Positions 1-12,590 of a stretch of 64,000 nt of DNA are shown in pieces. The notes under the pieces are model-generated. The model saw nothing but the letters and a program-made list of their open reading frames with translations, was not told the DNA's origin and ran no database searches. Each line of letters begins with the position of its first letter. The stretch's first letter is position 1. Position numbers and translations under genes: made by a program. The DNA is from Octopus vulgaris (lineage: Eukaryota): contig OX597818.1 in NCBI GenBank assembly GCA_951406725.2, forward strand, positions 57,908,001 through 57,972,000, written 5' to 3'.

Positions 1-199
1 TACAGAACATAGTAAATTTTACCATTAATAGCAGACAATATGTGTATAAAATACAGGATCCAAATAACAATATTTTACCGATCCCATACGTTTCTGTAAC
101 AGCATTATGCAGTATCGTGGGTAAATAATGTACTGGGCTTTATCTTGTTTTGGATTCTCATACGTACATCATTTTTTAACTATTTTCACAACGGCCGGC

Positions 200-392
200 T
201 GATATATCATTCTTGTTAAAGAAATTGAGGAGAGACTGAGGCTGTGGCAAGAGTCCTGGACAACTTCTGGAGCACTACGGCAAATTCATTGAAGTCAGAG
301 GATCTTACTTTGAAGAAGAATAGTTATATGAACTTCTTTGAGGCTTCAAAAATGAAAGGAATTGTCTCACGAAAGTTTTGGAACGTCCTTTA
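200..392 (+). pseudogene. mariner transposase C-terminal relic
   Basis: Hand translation ...LLEHYGKFIEVRGSYFEEE* resembles the mariner C-terminal motif (KCIxxxGxYFE); a degenerate TIR-like end may follow. Confidence 0.5.
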
Positions 393-891
393 CATATTTA
401 TATAAATATGAAGCATTGATAGAGTTTGTCGCTAATCATTAAATATCTGACATGTAAAGTTAATATATGTCGCAGTTTCTGTAAATTATTATAAGGTTAA
501 CTACACAATTTAGAATATTATTATCATTATTATCAGGTTATGTTTGAATGTCTGTTCTCTAGCTTCATCCGGGTGAGATAGGTTTCAATTGAGAACATAT
601 CCATTAACTTGCAGCTTTGCCTGGAATGTTGGCTTCGTAAACAGTGGTTGGTAATGCACTGGCATTTATTGAAGCTACGGTTTCTGTAGAGGTTCTACGT
701 TGGAGAGAATTTGTATTCAGTGTTCATGATGAGCGTTCTGTCGCAACTCCACCCTTTCACATATGTGCGCTAAAGGGTTAAGTGAAAAGTAGGAGAAGGT
801 GGCTGGCGTCTTGAACATTTTCCGTTGCACCCTGTCTTCTTTCAATGCAAATATATTTGAAACAATTTGTTAATAAATATGTAATTGGTAA

Positions 892-1092
892 GGTGGAAAG
901 CTAGCTGAATCGTTAGGGCTCCGGACAAAATGCTTAGCTGCATTTCGTTCGTTTCTACGATCTGAGTTAAAATTCCGCCGAAGTTGACTTTGGCTGAGTC
1001 GATAAAATAAGTACCGGTTGAGTTCTGGGGTCGATGTATTCGCCTTACTCCTTCCTCCCAAATTGCTGGCCTTGTGCCAAAATTTGAAACCA
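892..1092 (+). mobile_element. SINE-C copy, diverged, tail type 1
   Basis: gctagctgaatcgttag...gagttaaaattccgccgaagttgacttt...gataaaataagtacc...ggccttgtgccaaaatttgaaacc, homologous to 61456-61685. Confidence 0.75.
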
Positions 1093-2661
1093 GTGAATAT
1101 GTAATTGGTGAAATTTGGAAACATTGTTACAAGAATTTACCTGTCTCTTCATATTTAAGTTATTTTACGAAAAAAATATGAAAATATCAGTATTGATATA
1201 TACCTATATAATATTTCGATCCAGGAAATCAGCATTCGTCAAATGATTCCACGTACATCGATGCGTAAATATCACCCCGGAAAACACAAATTAAGGAATC
1301 TAGAATATTCCTTGCTGTTCACGTAACTCGCAATATAGTATAATGTAAATATAGCAGATATTTTTAAGTGCAGGTTACTGGTTAATTTTCCGAAAGATTT
1401 ATCTTGAAAATCTAAGATTATTGTTGGAAAATTCTGATTAATCGATTCGCTTACGCAGATTTGCTTACAATGCTTAAAATTGTACGTAAATATATGTGCT
1501 GTAAAACAAATATATATTTTGGCTTCCTATCTATGCATTATTATAAGATTACAAAATATGTTGACAATAATTCTATTGTTTGTAAAGCCTTTCTTTTTAT
1601 AAAATATGAAATTTATCAATTTCCTGTTTTCAATTTTGTAGAACAATCGTTATTTGCGATGTCTTTATAATAAAATTCTTACCAAAGGGTAAAAAATTTA
1701 AAGAACAATGGGAATTTGCTGCTGCCTATTTCGATATATTAGAATTTATGATTTTGAAATAACATAACTGGATTGTAATTGAAAACATCATTTTTTTGTC
1801 GTTACGAACAAAAAATATTAAAAACAAAAACATTTGTTTTGAAAGATTAATATGAAAATAATTAAGAATCAATACTGTTGTTTATCAATTACTAGAAAAA
1901 ATATGTTTAAATAAAAGAAATTATAAAAATACAAATATAGAAAACAATATTTTGTAACGAAGAAGATATCGTAATCTTCAGCAATTTAATATCTCTTTGA
2001 GCGAGCAGAGAAATAGGTCGAGAATAATTACCATAAAGCACATTTCAAATCAGGTAGCTTCTTTGTCCAACATGTGGTTTTATAAATAACCATAAGCTCC
2101 ATCTGTTGACAAGACTGCTTAAGTATCTCCCAAATATTGATCCTAGCTAACAAGGAGATTAAGGCAAACGGAACACTCAGCTGCAGACAATATTAGCAAA
2201 ATGGAGTCGAAAGTGTTACCGATATTATAAACATTATCCAGACACTGATAACTAAACGACTGTGATAGAGTAACAAGATCGAAATGCACATATAGAAACA
2301 AAAATGCGTGAGTCAGAGAGTCTGGAGAGAAAGAGAGAGAGCGAGAAAGAAATAGAGAGAGTGTGTGAGTATGTGTATTGTGTGTGTGCGTATGTTTAAC
2401 ATTAAAGAAAATTACAAAAGAACTATAAAATCCACAGAATGTTGTCGATTAGCGTTTCTCTAAAAATATATTTGAAAATGTTCCAGAGAGGATACGAACA
2501 TCATACAAGATAATGTTCCTGAAAGTAGATGATAGATGAAAAGTAAAATGGAGAGAAATAATCTAATATTGCTTCCAATAGGATTAACCTGTTTGAAATA
2601 ATACAGCTAATTAGGTCGTAACTAAAAGATTTAACATACATATATACATATATATATATAA

Positions 2662-2696
<35 letters not shown>

Positions 2697-2727
2697 AATT
2701 TATATACATACACACACACATACATAA

Positions 2728-2767
<40 letters not shown>

Positions 2768-3012
2768 AAAATAAGAATAAAGCATGAAAAACAATTGAAT
2801 TGTGGAAAAATTAAATGAAATGTCTTTTAAAAATATTTCCATAGTTTTCAGATGTCTGTCTCTGTCTCTCATTTATATACATATGAGGTCTCGGTAGCTG
2901 GTTGCAGTCCTAATATTTGATATGAGTTCTTGGTTATGTTTGTTTAAGCAGTAGTAGTAGTTGAGAATGGAGGCGGCAAAGAAGAAGAATGAGGAAAAGA
3001 AGAGAAAGAGTA

Positions 3013-3427
3013 GGCGCAGGACTGGCTGTGTGGTAAGTAGCTTGCTAACCAACCACATGGTTCCGGGTTCAGTCCCACTGCGTGGCACATTGGGCAAGTG
3101 TCTTCTGCTATAGCCCCGGGCCGACCAATTCCTTGTGAGTGGATTTGGTAGACGGAAACTGAAAGAAGCCTGTCGTATATATGTATATATATGTATGCGT
3201 GTGTGTTTGTGTGTCTGTGTTTGTACCCCTAGCATTGCTTGACAAATGATGCTGGTGTGTTTACGTCCCCGTCACTTAGCGGTTCGGCAAAAGAGACCGA
3301 TAGAATAAGTACTGGGCTTACAAAGAATAAGTCCTGGGGTCGATTTGCTCGACTAAAGGCGGTGCTCCAGCATGGCTGCAGTCAAATGACTGAAACAAGT
3401 AAAAGAATAAAAGAATAAAAGAATAAA
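3013..3427 (+). mobile_element. SINE-A, full length (tRNA-derived head, internal (TA)n(TG)n, LINE-like tail)
   Basis: A-box tggctgtgtggtaag, B-box ggttcagtccc, tail ggcggtgctccagcatggc...ctgaaacaagtaaaaga; more than 10 copies in window. Confidence 0.9.
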
Positions 3428-3699
3428 GTAATAAAAATGCGGGAGGGGTATGACAGTAGTAGGATGTTGGTAGAATCCTATTAAATGGTGAAGTGACATA
3501 AAAGTGACCCGTGTAGTTGTAATAGTAGTGATTGGAATTGCTCTGAATAAATTCATGGCTAGTGACTATTCTGAATATATCGTTTTTATTATTTGCGTGG
3601 GTATTATTCTACCGCACTTGTAATAGTGTCATTTGTGGTGGACACATTCAAAAGGGGTTTATCATATATGATTATTTACTAATGCTCCGACTACAGGTT

Positions 3700-4140
3700 G
3701 TATCGTCCCTGAATATACAGAAGAGAGGAATTCTGAAGCTGCGTTGTTTACTAGTAGCGCAAATGTCGATAAGTTCGCTGAATGCTATTTTTCTGTATTT
3801 GATCTAGGAGCTATGTACAACCAACCTTTGGCATAGACTGTTCTTGGTTTTGCTTATGTATTGCTCTCGACACCCAGAGCATGTTAATACATATATTTGG
3901 TTCTCCGAAGGACATATGAAGTTGTTTTTCACTGTAAAACGTTGACCCAGCTTGAAAGAGAACTCCGATCCCCCAGTTAGGTTGGCGCATAGTTAGGTCT
4001 TCCCACAGTTAGGTCTTCCTCATTTGTTTTACTGACAGCTTCACAGTTGTTCTCAGTGGGCTTGAATTAGGAGACCTTTTATAGATTTGTGTTGTCTTTT
4101 GCTCTGTATGACGGTGTGCGTTTGGAGGATTGAATTCATT
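3700..4140 (-). pseudogene. degenerate PLE GIY-YIG endonuclease and linker
   Basis: VIQSKRQHKSIKGLLIQA...GRPNC/LCANL...FTVKNNFICPSENQIYVLTCSGCREQYISKTKNSLCQRLVVH: Cys-rich linker plus IY..CxxC..YI(G>S)xT..L..R..H; stops and frameshifts present. Confidence 0.85.
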
Positions 4141-4367
4141 TAGTGGTCCCTTTTTAGTTGAGGATGTTCAAGAGGATGGTGTCGAAGGCTTCATTCTTAA
4201 GAGGGTTGGCTGTAATGTGTGGTAGGGCTTTTGGTTGTAAATTGTGCTTTAATTTGAAATGCTTGAGTTCGTTGATGTTGCATTTTTTCCTTTAGTTCAT
4301 GCAGTCGTGTATTTCGGTGTTTGTATTAGAAACTATAGTACAAATCCTTTTTGTTATATATATGTAA

Positions 4368-4417
<50 letters not shown>

Positions 4418-4503
4418 AAGGATGAAATAGAACACACGAGTTGATATATATGAAAAAACAAGTCAAGATAGAAAATGCTAAAATAATTTTATAAAGAACA
4501 TTT

Positions 4504-4543
4504 CAGTACCGGTTTCAGTCATTTGGAGACCTTTTTCAACTGT
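4504..4543 (-). ncRNA. minimal hammerhead-like motif, UUGAAAA core
   Basis: cag-UUGAAAA-AGGUC-uccaaau-GACU-GAAA-CCGG-UA-cug. Confidence 0.55.
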
Positions 4544-4743
4544 AATGATTAAATAATTAAATTTAGAAAAATTGAAAGAAAAGTTTTTTTAAAGGAATAT
4601 TTGTATAGTGTTCAAATATAAGTGGCATTTTCCTTGTTTCTGCCTTTCTCTGTCTCTCTTGTTTACACTTGTTTACAGTATACAAATATTCCTTTAAAAA
4701 AAACTTTTCTTTTAATCTTTCTAAATTTAATTATTTAATCGTT

Positions 4744-4783
4744 ACAGTTGAAAAAGGTCTCAAAATGACTGAAACCGGTACTG
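4744..4783 (+). ncRNA. minimal hammerhead-like motif, UUGAAAA core
   Basis: cag-UUGAAAA-AGGUC-ucaaaau-GACU-GAAA-CCGG-UA-cug. Confidence 0.55.
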
Positions 4784-4835
4784 AAATGTTCTTTATAAAA
4801 TTATTTTAGCATTTTCTATCTTGACTTGTTTTTTC

Positions 4836-4937
<102 letters not shown>

Positions 4938-5016
4938 TAAATATATATATATTTTTGTAGCCTTCGCTTCATTCTCACTTTCCCTCATCTTTCACCTCAC
5001 TGTGTCTCTTTCCTTT

Positions 5017-5078
<62 letters not shown>

Positions 5079-5691
5079 GTGTGTGTGTGTAATCATATAC
5101 ATTGTTTGAGAAGAGAATAATTATCTAAACCAGGTACATTCTTGCAGATAAGTATAGACCCTATTCACAGACGGATATGCACACTTTTTGTAATACGTAT
5201 GATTTGTGTGTAGTTTTTGTTTTTGTTTTAACTCGAGAATCATGTAAAATAAGGGATATTGCCAAATCTATTAATGAATAATTAGATGATAATTAAGAAA
5301 TTACGATATCAATGTCTAATTACATTTTACAAGCCAATTCTTACACACATACCGTGAAGAAATAGGTAATCATGGCGTAATATACGTTGCGGTGTGTATT
5401 GTAATGAACATTATTAATATCGACATGTGTATTGCAACTGCTTATTTGGAAAACTGGCATCTGATTATGTCGAATATAAATAATAGATATCTGTTTCATT
5501 TGGAACAATATAAACCAGATAATTAGTTCAGTTAGACAATTATAACTTCCATCAAGTGAACGGGATTCGATAAGATTGAAGAACGTAAATCAATTCTGGA
5601 GTGAAATTCATTGTGTTGAGATAAAAATTATTCTCTACTATGGAAATTATATATATATGTCGTTTTGTTTCATAGTCCGTTCAAACAAATT

Positions 5692-5692
5692 A

Positions 5693-5784
<92 letters not shown>

Positions 5785-5800
5785 CAACAACAACAGCAAC
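5692..5800. repeat. compound microsatellite (ACT)n(AAT)n(AAC)n
   Basis: Direct reading. Confidence 0.95.
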
Positions 5801-6014
5801 CTCTTCACTATAGGCACAAGTCCTGAAATTTCGGGGAGTGGGGTAGTCGATTACATCGAACCTTTTATTTGAATGGAACTTAATTTATCAACGTCAAAAC
5901 GATGAAAGAAAAAAAGGCGACCTCAGTGGAATTTCAACTCAGAATGTAGCGACAGGCGAAATACCGCTAGACATTTCGTCAATCGTGCTAAGGATTCTGC
6001 CCGCTCGCCGCCTT
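5800..6014 (-). mobile_element. SINE-C copy, tail type 1
   Basis: Reverse complement of ggcggcgagcgggcagaatccttagcacg...cttgtgcctatagtgaa. Confidence 0.8.
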
Positions 6015-6024
6015 CATAATAATA

Positions 6025-6088
<64 letters not shown>

Positions 6089-6117
6089 TGATGATGATGA
6101 TGACGATATCGATGATG

Positions 6118-6320
6118 ATGATGCAGTACCAATGTCTTCATGTAGTACCAATACCCTGACCATACCCCTTAATGGTCAATACCCTGACCATACCCCTTAA
6201 TGGCTGATGTGCATCTCTGATCAGAAGCAGAAGTAGTGGGGGAGCATCATAGTCATGTGTTGAGAGGAATTCTTTGGAGGTTATATAATTCACCTTTGGA
6301 AACAACCCTTATTCAGGGAC
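6118..6320 (+). mobile_element. deleted copy of the unclassified ~560-bp repeat (see 17220)
   Basis: tgtgcatctctgatcagaagcagaagtagtggg...cccttattcagggac shared with 17412-17552; internal 28-bp tandem duplication 6149-6203. Confidence 0.75.
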
Positions 6321-6351
6321 TAATTTCTAAGAATTTGATTAATATCGGTTA

Positions 6352-6757
6352 CACATTTTGACAGAAGGCCATCAATTTTAGGTGAGGGTTTAAGTCGATC
6401 ACATCGATCCATTACTCAAATGGTAGATAATTTATCAATTCCAATAGGATGAAAGATGAAGTCGACCACTTTGGACGAAATGCCGTTAAGCATTTTCCAG
6501 AAATGCTAATAATTCTGCCTTTCCACCGTCGTAACACCAATAATAATTATTTTCTGCTATAGGCACGAGTTCTGAAAGATTTTTTGTGGGGAATGGTCGA
6601 TTACTTCAACCCCAGTGCTCAGCTGGTGTTTATTTCAGCGAGCTCAGAAGGATGAAAGGCAAAGTAGACCTCTGCGGAATTTGGATTCAGAACGTAAGGA
6701 GGGAGGAAATGCCGCTAAGAATTTTGTCCAGCGTGATGACCATTCTACACGCTCGCG
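6352..6757 (-). mobile_element. two adjacent diverged SINE-C copies
   Basis: ggatgaaagatgaagtcgacc and ggatgaaaggcaaagtagacctctgcggaatttgg motifs. Confidence 0.7.
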
Positions 6758-7213
6758 GATTTAACATCAATGGTAATAAAGCTACATCTCAGTAATAATC
6801 CCGGTAAATTAAACCGTAAATTGATTTATATTACCAGCATGTATATAGTATATGCAAGTAATAAATACATAAGGTGTGAGTATTTAGAAATATTTAGAAT
6901 TAATATGCTTTACGATTGCTCTAATGGATCGAAGAATGAGAAAGTTCTGTCGTCATACTGGCTGTAATTAGGTTTGCTCCAGTTCCAAATCATAAACTGC
7001 ATTGTTATTTTAAGATGAAATTAGGAATTTATGCAGAAGTATTCAATGTTTTATATCAGTGGTTGTGTGGATAATTATAACTTTCATTATACATGGTGCT
7101 ACACTGAAACTTAATGCGCAATAAATACCAGGCATTATTTTATATCTCATTGCAGTTTGTTGCAATTTGTTGCAGAAGGCATATTACGGAGAGCAGAGTT
7201 CTATTACTTTTAT

Positions 7214-7441
7214 CTGTGTATGTGTGTGTCTGTGTGTGTCTGTGTGTGTGAGTCTGTGTGTGTGAGTCTGTGTGTGTGAGTCTGTGTGTGTGTGAGTCTG
7301 TGTGTGTGTGCGAGTCTGTGTGTGTGTGTGTTAGTCTGTGTGTATGTGTGTGAGTCTCTGTGTATGTGTGTGAGTCTGTGTGTGTGTATGTGTGAGTCTG
7401 TATGTGCGTGTGTGTGTGTGTGTGTGCGTGTGTGTGTGTGT
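7214..7441. repeat. (TG)n with periodic AGTC interruptions
   Basis: Repeats of tgtgtgtgagtc. Confidence 0.9.
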
Positions 7442-8335
7442 GCATGTGGGCTGAGGAAAACAACATGGAATTTAACGCAGGAAAATTCCAGGCCCTACGC
7501 TGCCAGAACACAAAGCTAAATGACATGCACACAAGATACACTGGCCCAGGAGGAACTGAAATCCCTGAATCGAAGTCAGTGCATGAACTGGGCATTGACA
7601 TGAGCAATGATGCATCTTTTCAAGTGCATATTAACTATTTGCTAATAAAATGCAGACGGCTGTCTGGATGGATCCCCCGAACATTCCAAACAAGAGAAAA
7701 GGAGACATTCATGATCCTTCAGAGGACATACTTTCTCAGCCACTTAGACTATTGCTCCCAACAATGGTCAACACACAATAATAAAATCCACGGCGAAACT
7801 CGAAGCAATCCAACGAAGCTACACTAAGAAAATCGTCTCGATGCAACGTGTCAGCTACTGGGAAAGACTTAAAGAATTAAAAGTCCTCTCTCTGGAACGA
7901 CGGCGGGAGAGATATACAGTGATATCCATCTGGAAAATCCTAGAAGGCCTTGTACCAAACTTTGGCATTGAGAGTTACTCACACTGCAGAACAGGGCGCC
8001 ACTGCATAGTGCCAAAGACCCCAGTATCGCCATCAAAATACAGGACCAGATACTGCAACAGCTTGGGTTTCAAGGGCCCACAGCTCTTTATTATCCTTCC
8101 AAAATGTCTCAGAGACCTGCTAGGTGTGGATGTAAGAGTCTTTAAAACAAAACTAGACCTCTTCCTGTTACGGGTTCCAGATGAGCCTAACTCACGGCAA
8201 TAAAAACGGATGAGGGCAGTGGCATAAAACTCCCTAATTTACCAAATGCCACTCATTAGAAGAAGTTCCAAATAATGGTGTAGCTCAGTCAACGGTGGTG
8301 CTTCACCATGACTGCAGCTTTGCAACTGAAACATT
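7442..8335 (+). mobile_element. CR1-group LINE 3' fragment
   Basis: [17 protein letters not shown]...LDYCSQQWS / YWERLKELKVLSLERRRERY..IWKILEGLVPN; homologous to ORF 27176-28246. Confidence 0.9.
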
Positions 8336-8348
8336 TTAAAATAGTAAA

Positions 8349-8384
<36 letters not shown>

Positions 8385-8387
<3 letters not shown>

Positions 8388-8550
8388 GGAAAGTTTACGA
8401 AAATAAACAAAAAACGAAGGCAGGTGGAGTACAAACAAAGTATTAGTATAGCGCTCAGGAATAGAAAAAGTCTTTTACGTTTCGAGCTTACGCTCTTCGA
8501 CAGAAAGATACACAGAATAAAACAAGGAGAGAAAAAATGCGTGTAGGAGC
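8385..8550 (-). mobile_element. (TA)n-abutting PLE-like terminal repeat, family 2
   Basis: Reverse-complement homology to 30715-30870; carries a hammerhead-like motif. Confidence 0.65.
8472..8507 (-). ncRNA. minimal hammerhead-like motif, CUGUCGA core
   Basis: cuuu-CUGUCGA-A-GAGC-guaa-GCUC-GAAA-CG-UA-aaag. Confidence 0.6.
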
Positions 8551-8848
8551 TAACGAAACTCTTTCACTGTTCTCGTTCTGTTAACGGTTAGGTGTTCAGG
8601 CGAGTATACTGGCATTGATGTAATCAAATTTACGCTGTGAGACGTATTTGAAGAGTCAGAAACCGGTCCTGCATTATCCGATTCTAGGTTGTCCATTTAT
8701 AGAATGTTCATCTTAGAGGTAAGACAAATTTGTCATGTTTGTTGCACACACACGCCTTTGCTAGGAAATACACAGTGAAGCTATACAATAGCGTAGTATT
8801 CATATCGATTGCTATTTTCCAGTAAATATTGGTGCCTTGTTGTACCAC

Positions 8849-8965
<117 letters not shown>

Positions 8966-9029
8966 TATGTGGGTAGCTACATCTATCTGTCTATTTATCT
9001 ATCTTTATGCGTGTATCTGTTCACTAGCT

Positions 9030-9238
9030 TGATGCCAAATTTTAGGATATGGCCAGAAACTTGGGTGGAAAAAGACATGTCGATTACACTGACCACTATA
9101 CTCTACTTTTGCTTATTTAATTGATCGCGAAATGAGGACGGCAAAGACGACCTCAATAGCGTTTGAACTCAGAGACTAAAGATATACCAAATGTCGCTGA
9201 GAAGTTTGCCCGGCGTGCTAACGATTCTGCCAGCTCAC
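9030..9238 (-). mobile_element. diverged SINE-C copy
   Basis: gcccggcgtgctaacgattctgccagctcac head on minus strand. Confidence 0.7.
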
Positions 9239-9620
9239 ATTTAGTTTATTCAAAATATTGCAAAACACGTCATTTCAGCGAAATTGAATTGAATTTAACG
9301 AAGTGTACAAAGAAGCATAATTAATTGATTAATTCTGATAGTCTTTGACAAAACATTATTTTTGCTTCAGAATCAGTCTCACGGAAATGATTTTAACACA
9401 ACCCAAAAGCTCTGTATTCCCCTGCAGCACTTGATCATAAATAACACGTAACTTTGACCATCAATAACGCATGCATAGCAAGATCGATATTGTGAGCTTA
9501 AACAGTGACCTTCTATATGAATCCATTTCTTACATTCTTCTCTCTCTGTGTCTCTTTTATACATAAATACAAACATACATGCATTTATACATACATATGT
9601 ATAGATAAATTTGTATAGAT

Positions 9621-9693
<73 letters not shown>

Positions 9694-9699
9694 TAGGTA

Positions 9700-10050
9700 T
9701 GTAGAAAAATACAACATGGACAAGAACGTATAACTCTTAGAAGACGACACAATAAACACGGACAGGACATTCGAAACCCTCAGTCTTCAGTCAAGAACCG
9801 GATCATCGTAGTAATTTCGGCTGATTAATCTTGAGATTACTAGATCCCGGCCAGCCCTCCAAGAAAAACTAAGCAACGAGCATTAGAAAAACTAAGCTGG
9901 GAGCGTAGATTTCCTGGAAGAAGGATCGAATGCATACGAACACCAGGACAGCAAAAGGGACAGATATAAAAAAACAAAAAAACGATAATGGAATACAGAA
10001 GCATGAAATACAGAAGCATTAACGGTGAAAACAACAACAAGTGTCTTACG
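9700..10050. mobile_element. unclassified (TA)n-flanked repeat
   Basis: Homologous to 63280-63555 (ggacaagaacg, tcttcagt.aagaaccggatca, taatttcgg.tgattaatcttgagatt). Confidence 0.75.
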
Positions 10051-10412
10051 ACTGATAACAAGGAAACAAATTTTTTCTCTGGCGCATTGGAAAGGAGCCT
10101 TATCGGCGATGCCTATAGCGGCGGACGAAATATACATGTATGCATACAAACACAGACTACATATAGATATACTCAGATACAAACGCATATATATATATGT
10201 ACATATATATACACAAACTATATATATTTATACGAATTACATATATCCCCATATATATATTATTTATCTATTCTTTCATCTAACTTACCACTGACTCCTT
10301 GACCACTCCCCAAGTATGATATTTTGCGCTAGGCCTACCCCCAAAAAGTCCCCCACCACCACTCCTTTAAACCTGCCTAAATGTATAAATGCTAATACAA
10401 TTCTTGTTAAAT

Positions 10413-10463
10413 AGCTTCCTGAAGATTTCTCTTGAATGAAACAGTTCTAGTCCTGTAGAAGCT
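10413..10463 (+). ncRNA. type I hammerhead ribozyme
   Basis: agcuuc-CUGAAGA-uUUC-ucuu-GAAu-GAAA-CAG-uucuaguc-CUG-UA-gaagcu; 6-bp stem I, canonical core, GUA triplet. Confidence 0.8.
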
Positions 10464-10546
10464 CCTTCTATATAATAAATTAATTTTACTCTGCTATGTA
10501 TTGAGTACCTTACTTACTGTGGTTAACCCCGAATCAACCCGGGACC

Positions 10547-10594
<48 letters not shown>

Positions 10595-10739
10595 GTATAT
10601 TTGCCATCTGAATATGGCTAACCACTAAGGGTGGATGTTGCTGTTGCTTGTAGCCCCAGGCTACAATAACATCCACATCGTTCTGAGATTTATTACTGCT
10701 TATATATATATATATATATATATTTATTTTATTTATTTA

Positions 10740-11062
10740 TTTTATTTTTATTTTATCTAGTTTCAGCTCACGAGATGTGGCCATGCTGGGGCACCGACAT
10801 TTGGTGTTGCTACACGATTTTACTTCACGAATGCTTTTTAGAAATTGCCAATTGGTGCATGAGAGAGTTCGATGCAGCTGCCCTCATCTGCTCCTCCTGC
10901 CGGGAAGTTGGTTCATCTGGGACACCTGACAGGAAGAGATCCAGTTTTATTTTAAAGACATCTGCATCCACCCCATACAGGTCTCTCAGGTTCTTCGGGA
11001 GGATATTGAAGAGCTTTGGGCCTCTGAAGCCCAGGCTATCACAGTATCTTGTCCAGTAAGCA
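10740..11062 (-). mobile_element. CR1-group LINE 3' end with A-rich tail
   Basis: RYCDSLGFRGPKLFNILPKNLRDLYGVDADVFKIKLDLFLSGVPDEP; same family as 7442-8335. Confidence 0.9.
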
Positions 11063-11464
11063 GTAATTGGCATTTATTAGTGGCAATTGCTGTTTTCAAC
11101 ATGAATTCCTTTTATGGAGTTCTGAAACCTCCTTTACCCAATTTCTACACCTAAAAAATCTTTATTGCTTCTAACCTTACAGCAGTTAGGAACAACCTTA
11201 TCTTAGTCAGTCAGTAGAAGGACTTCACTACCTCATATGTTCTTAAAATTTAAATCCACATCTTTGTCTGTATATCTAGCTTCTCTATAATGTTGCCACT
11301 TGATTAGAAAATGTTTGTATTGATGGAAAACCTCTATAATTGGTTGATGAGTACTCAGCATCTTAAATCTGTTGTAATACTTACAACGTTTAATGATGTA
11401 GTACGAAACGATCGTACCAAATTACCGGAGTCATTCTTGTTGCTTATTTTGATATATATATATA

Positions 11465-11987
<523 letters not shown>

Positions 11988-12590
11988 TGTATATATCTCT
12001 TTGTGTTTTTAAAGAACGATTTCCGAACACTTCGATTTCATATATTAAATCCTTACGCTGTATTGTTTTTCCGACGAATTAGCGATGAATACTTCGCAAT
12101 CTCCAATTCAATGTTAAGAGCTCCTTTTTTTTTTACCGAATACTGTAGTTCTAGGAAGTAATTTGAAAGTATTTCTAAAGTTTATTTGGAGTCTCGATTG
12201 TTGAATCCATTTCTGTATATTTTCCTGTAAGTATATATTACCGGAAACGATATTCCGATTGCATTTGGCTATTATTTGTTAGGTATAAACCTTTATATGC
12301 GTTATTTATCAGAGTTAAACTAAATATAAATCTGTTTATTTTATAATTGAACGTATCTCATTTATTATAGTTTCTTTCGCTTAGTTTATCTGTAGAAGTT
12401 TCTATTTGATTGCTGCAAATACGGAGATTTATTGAATTTCATTTGAAATGATAAATGCTGCATTCATTCATCACTTCATGAAAGAAGCAGGTTAAATTTA
12501 TGCTATCTGCAAATCTCATCTATTTTGCAACAAATGTAACAACTGCGAAAATATAAAAAATCAAATTAATTATAGATGTTTAAATAGATA

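Larger units (their letters stand above)
2765..4340 (-). mobile_element. Penelope-like element 3' remnant (GIY-YIG region, 3' UTR, partial terminal repeat), interrupted by SINE-A
   Basis: Minus-strand GIY-YIG translation; 2765-2870 resembles 21840-21950; 3483-3510 resembles 22472-22498. Confidence 0.7.
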
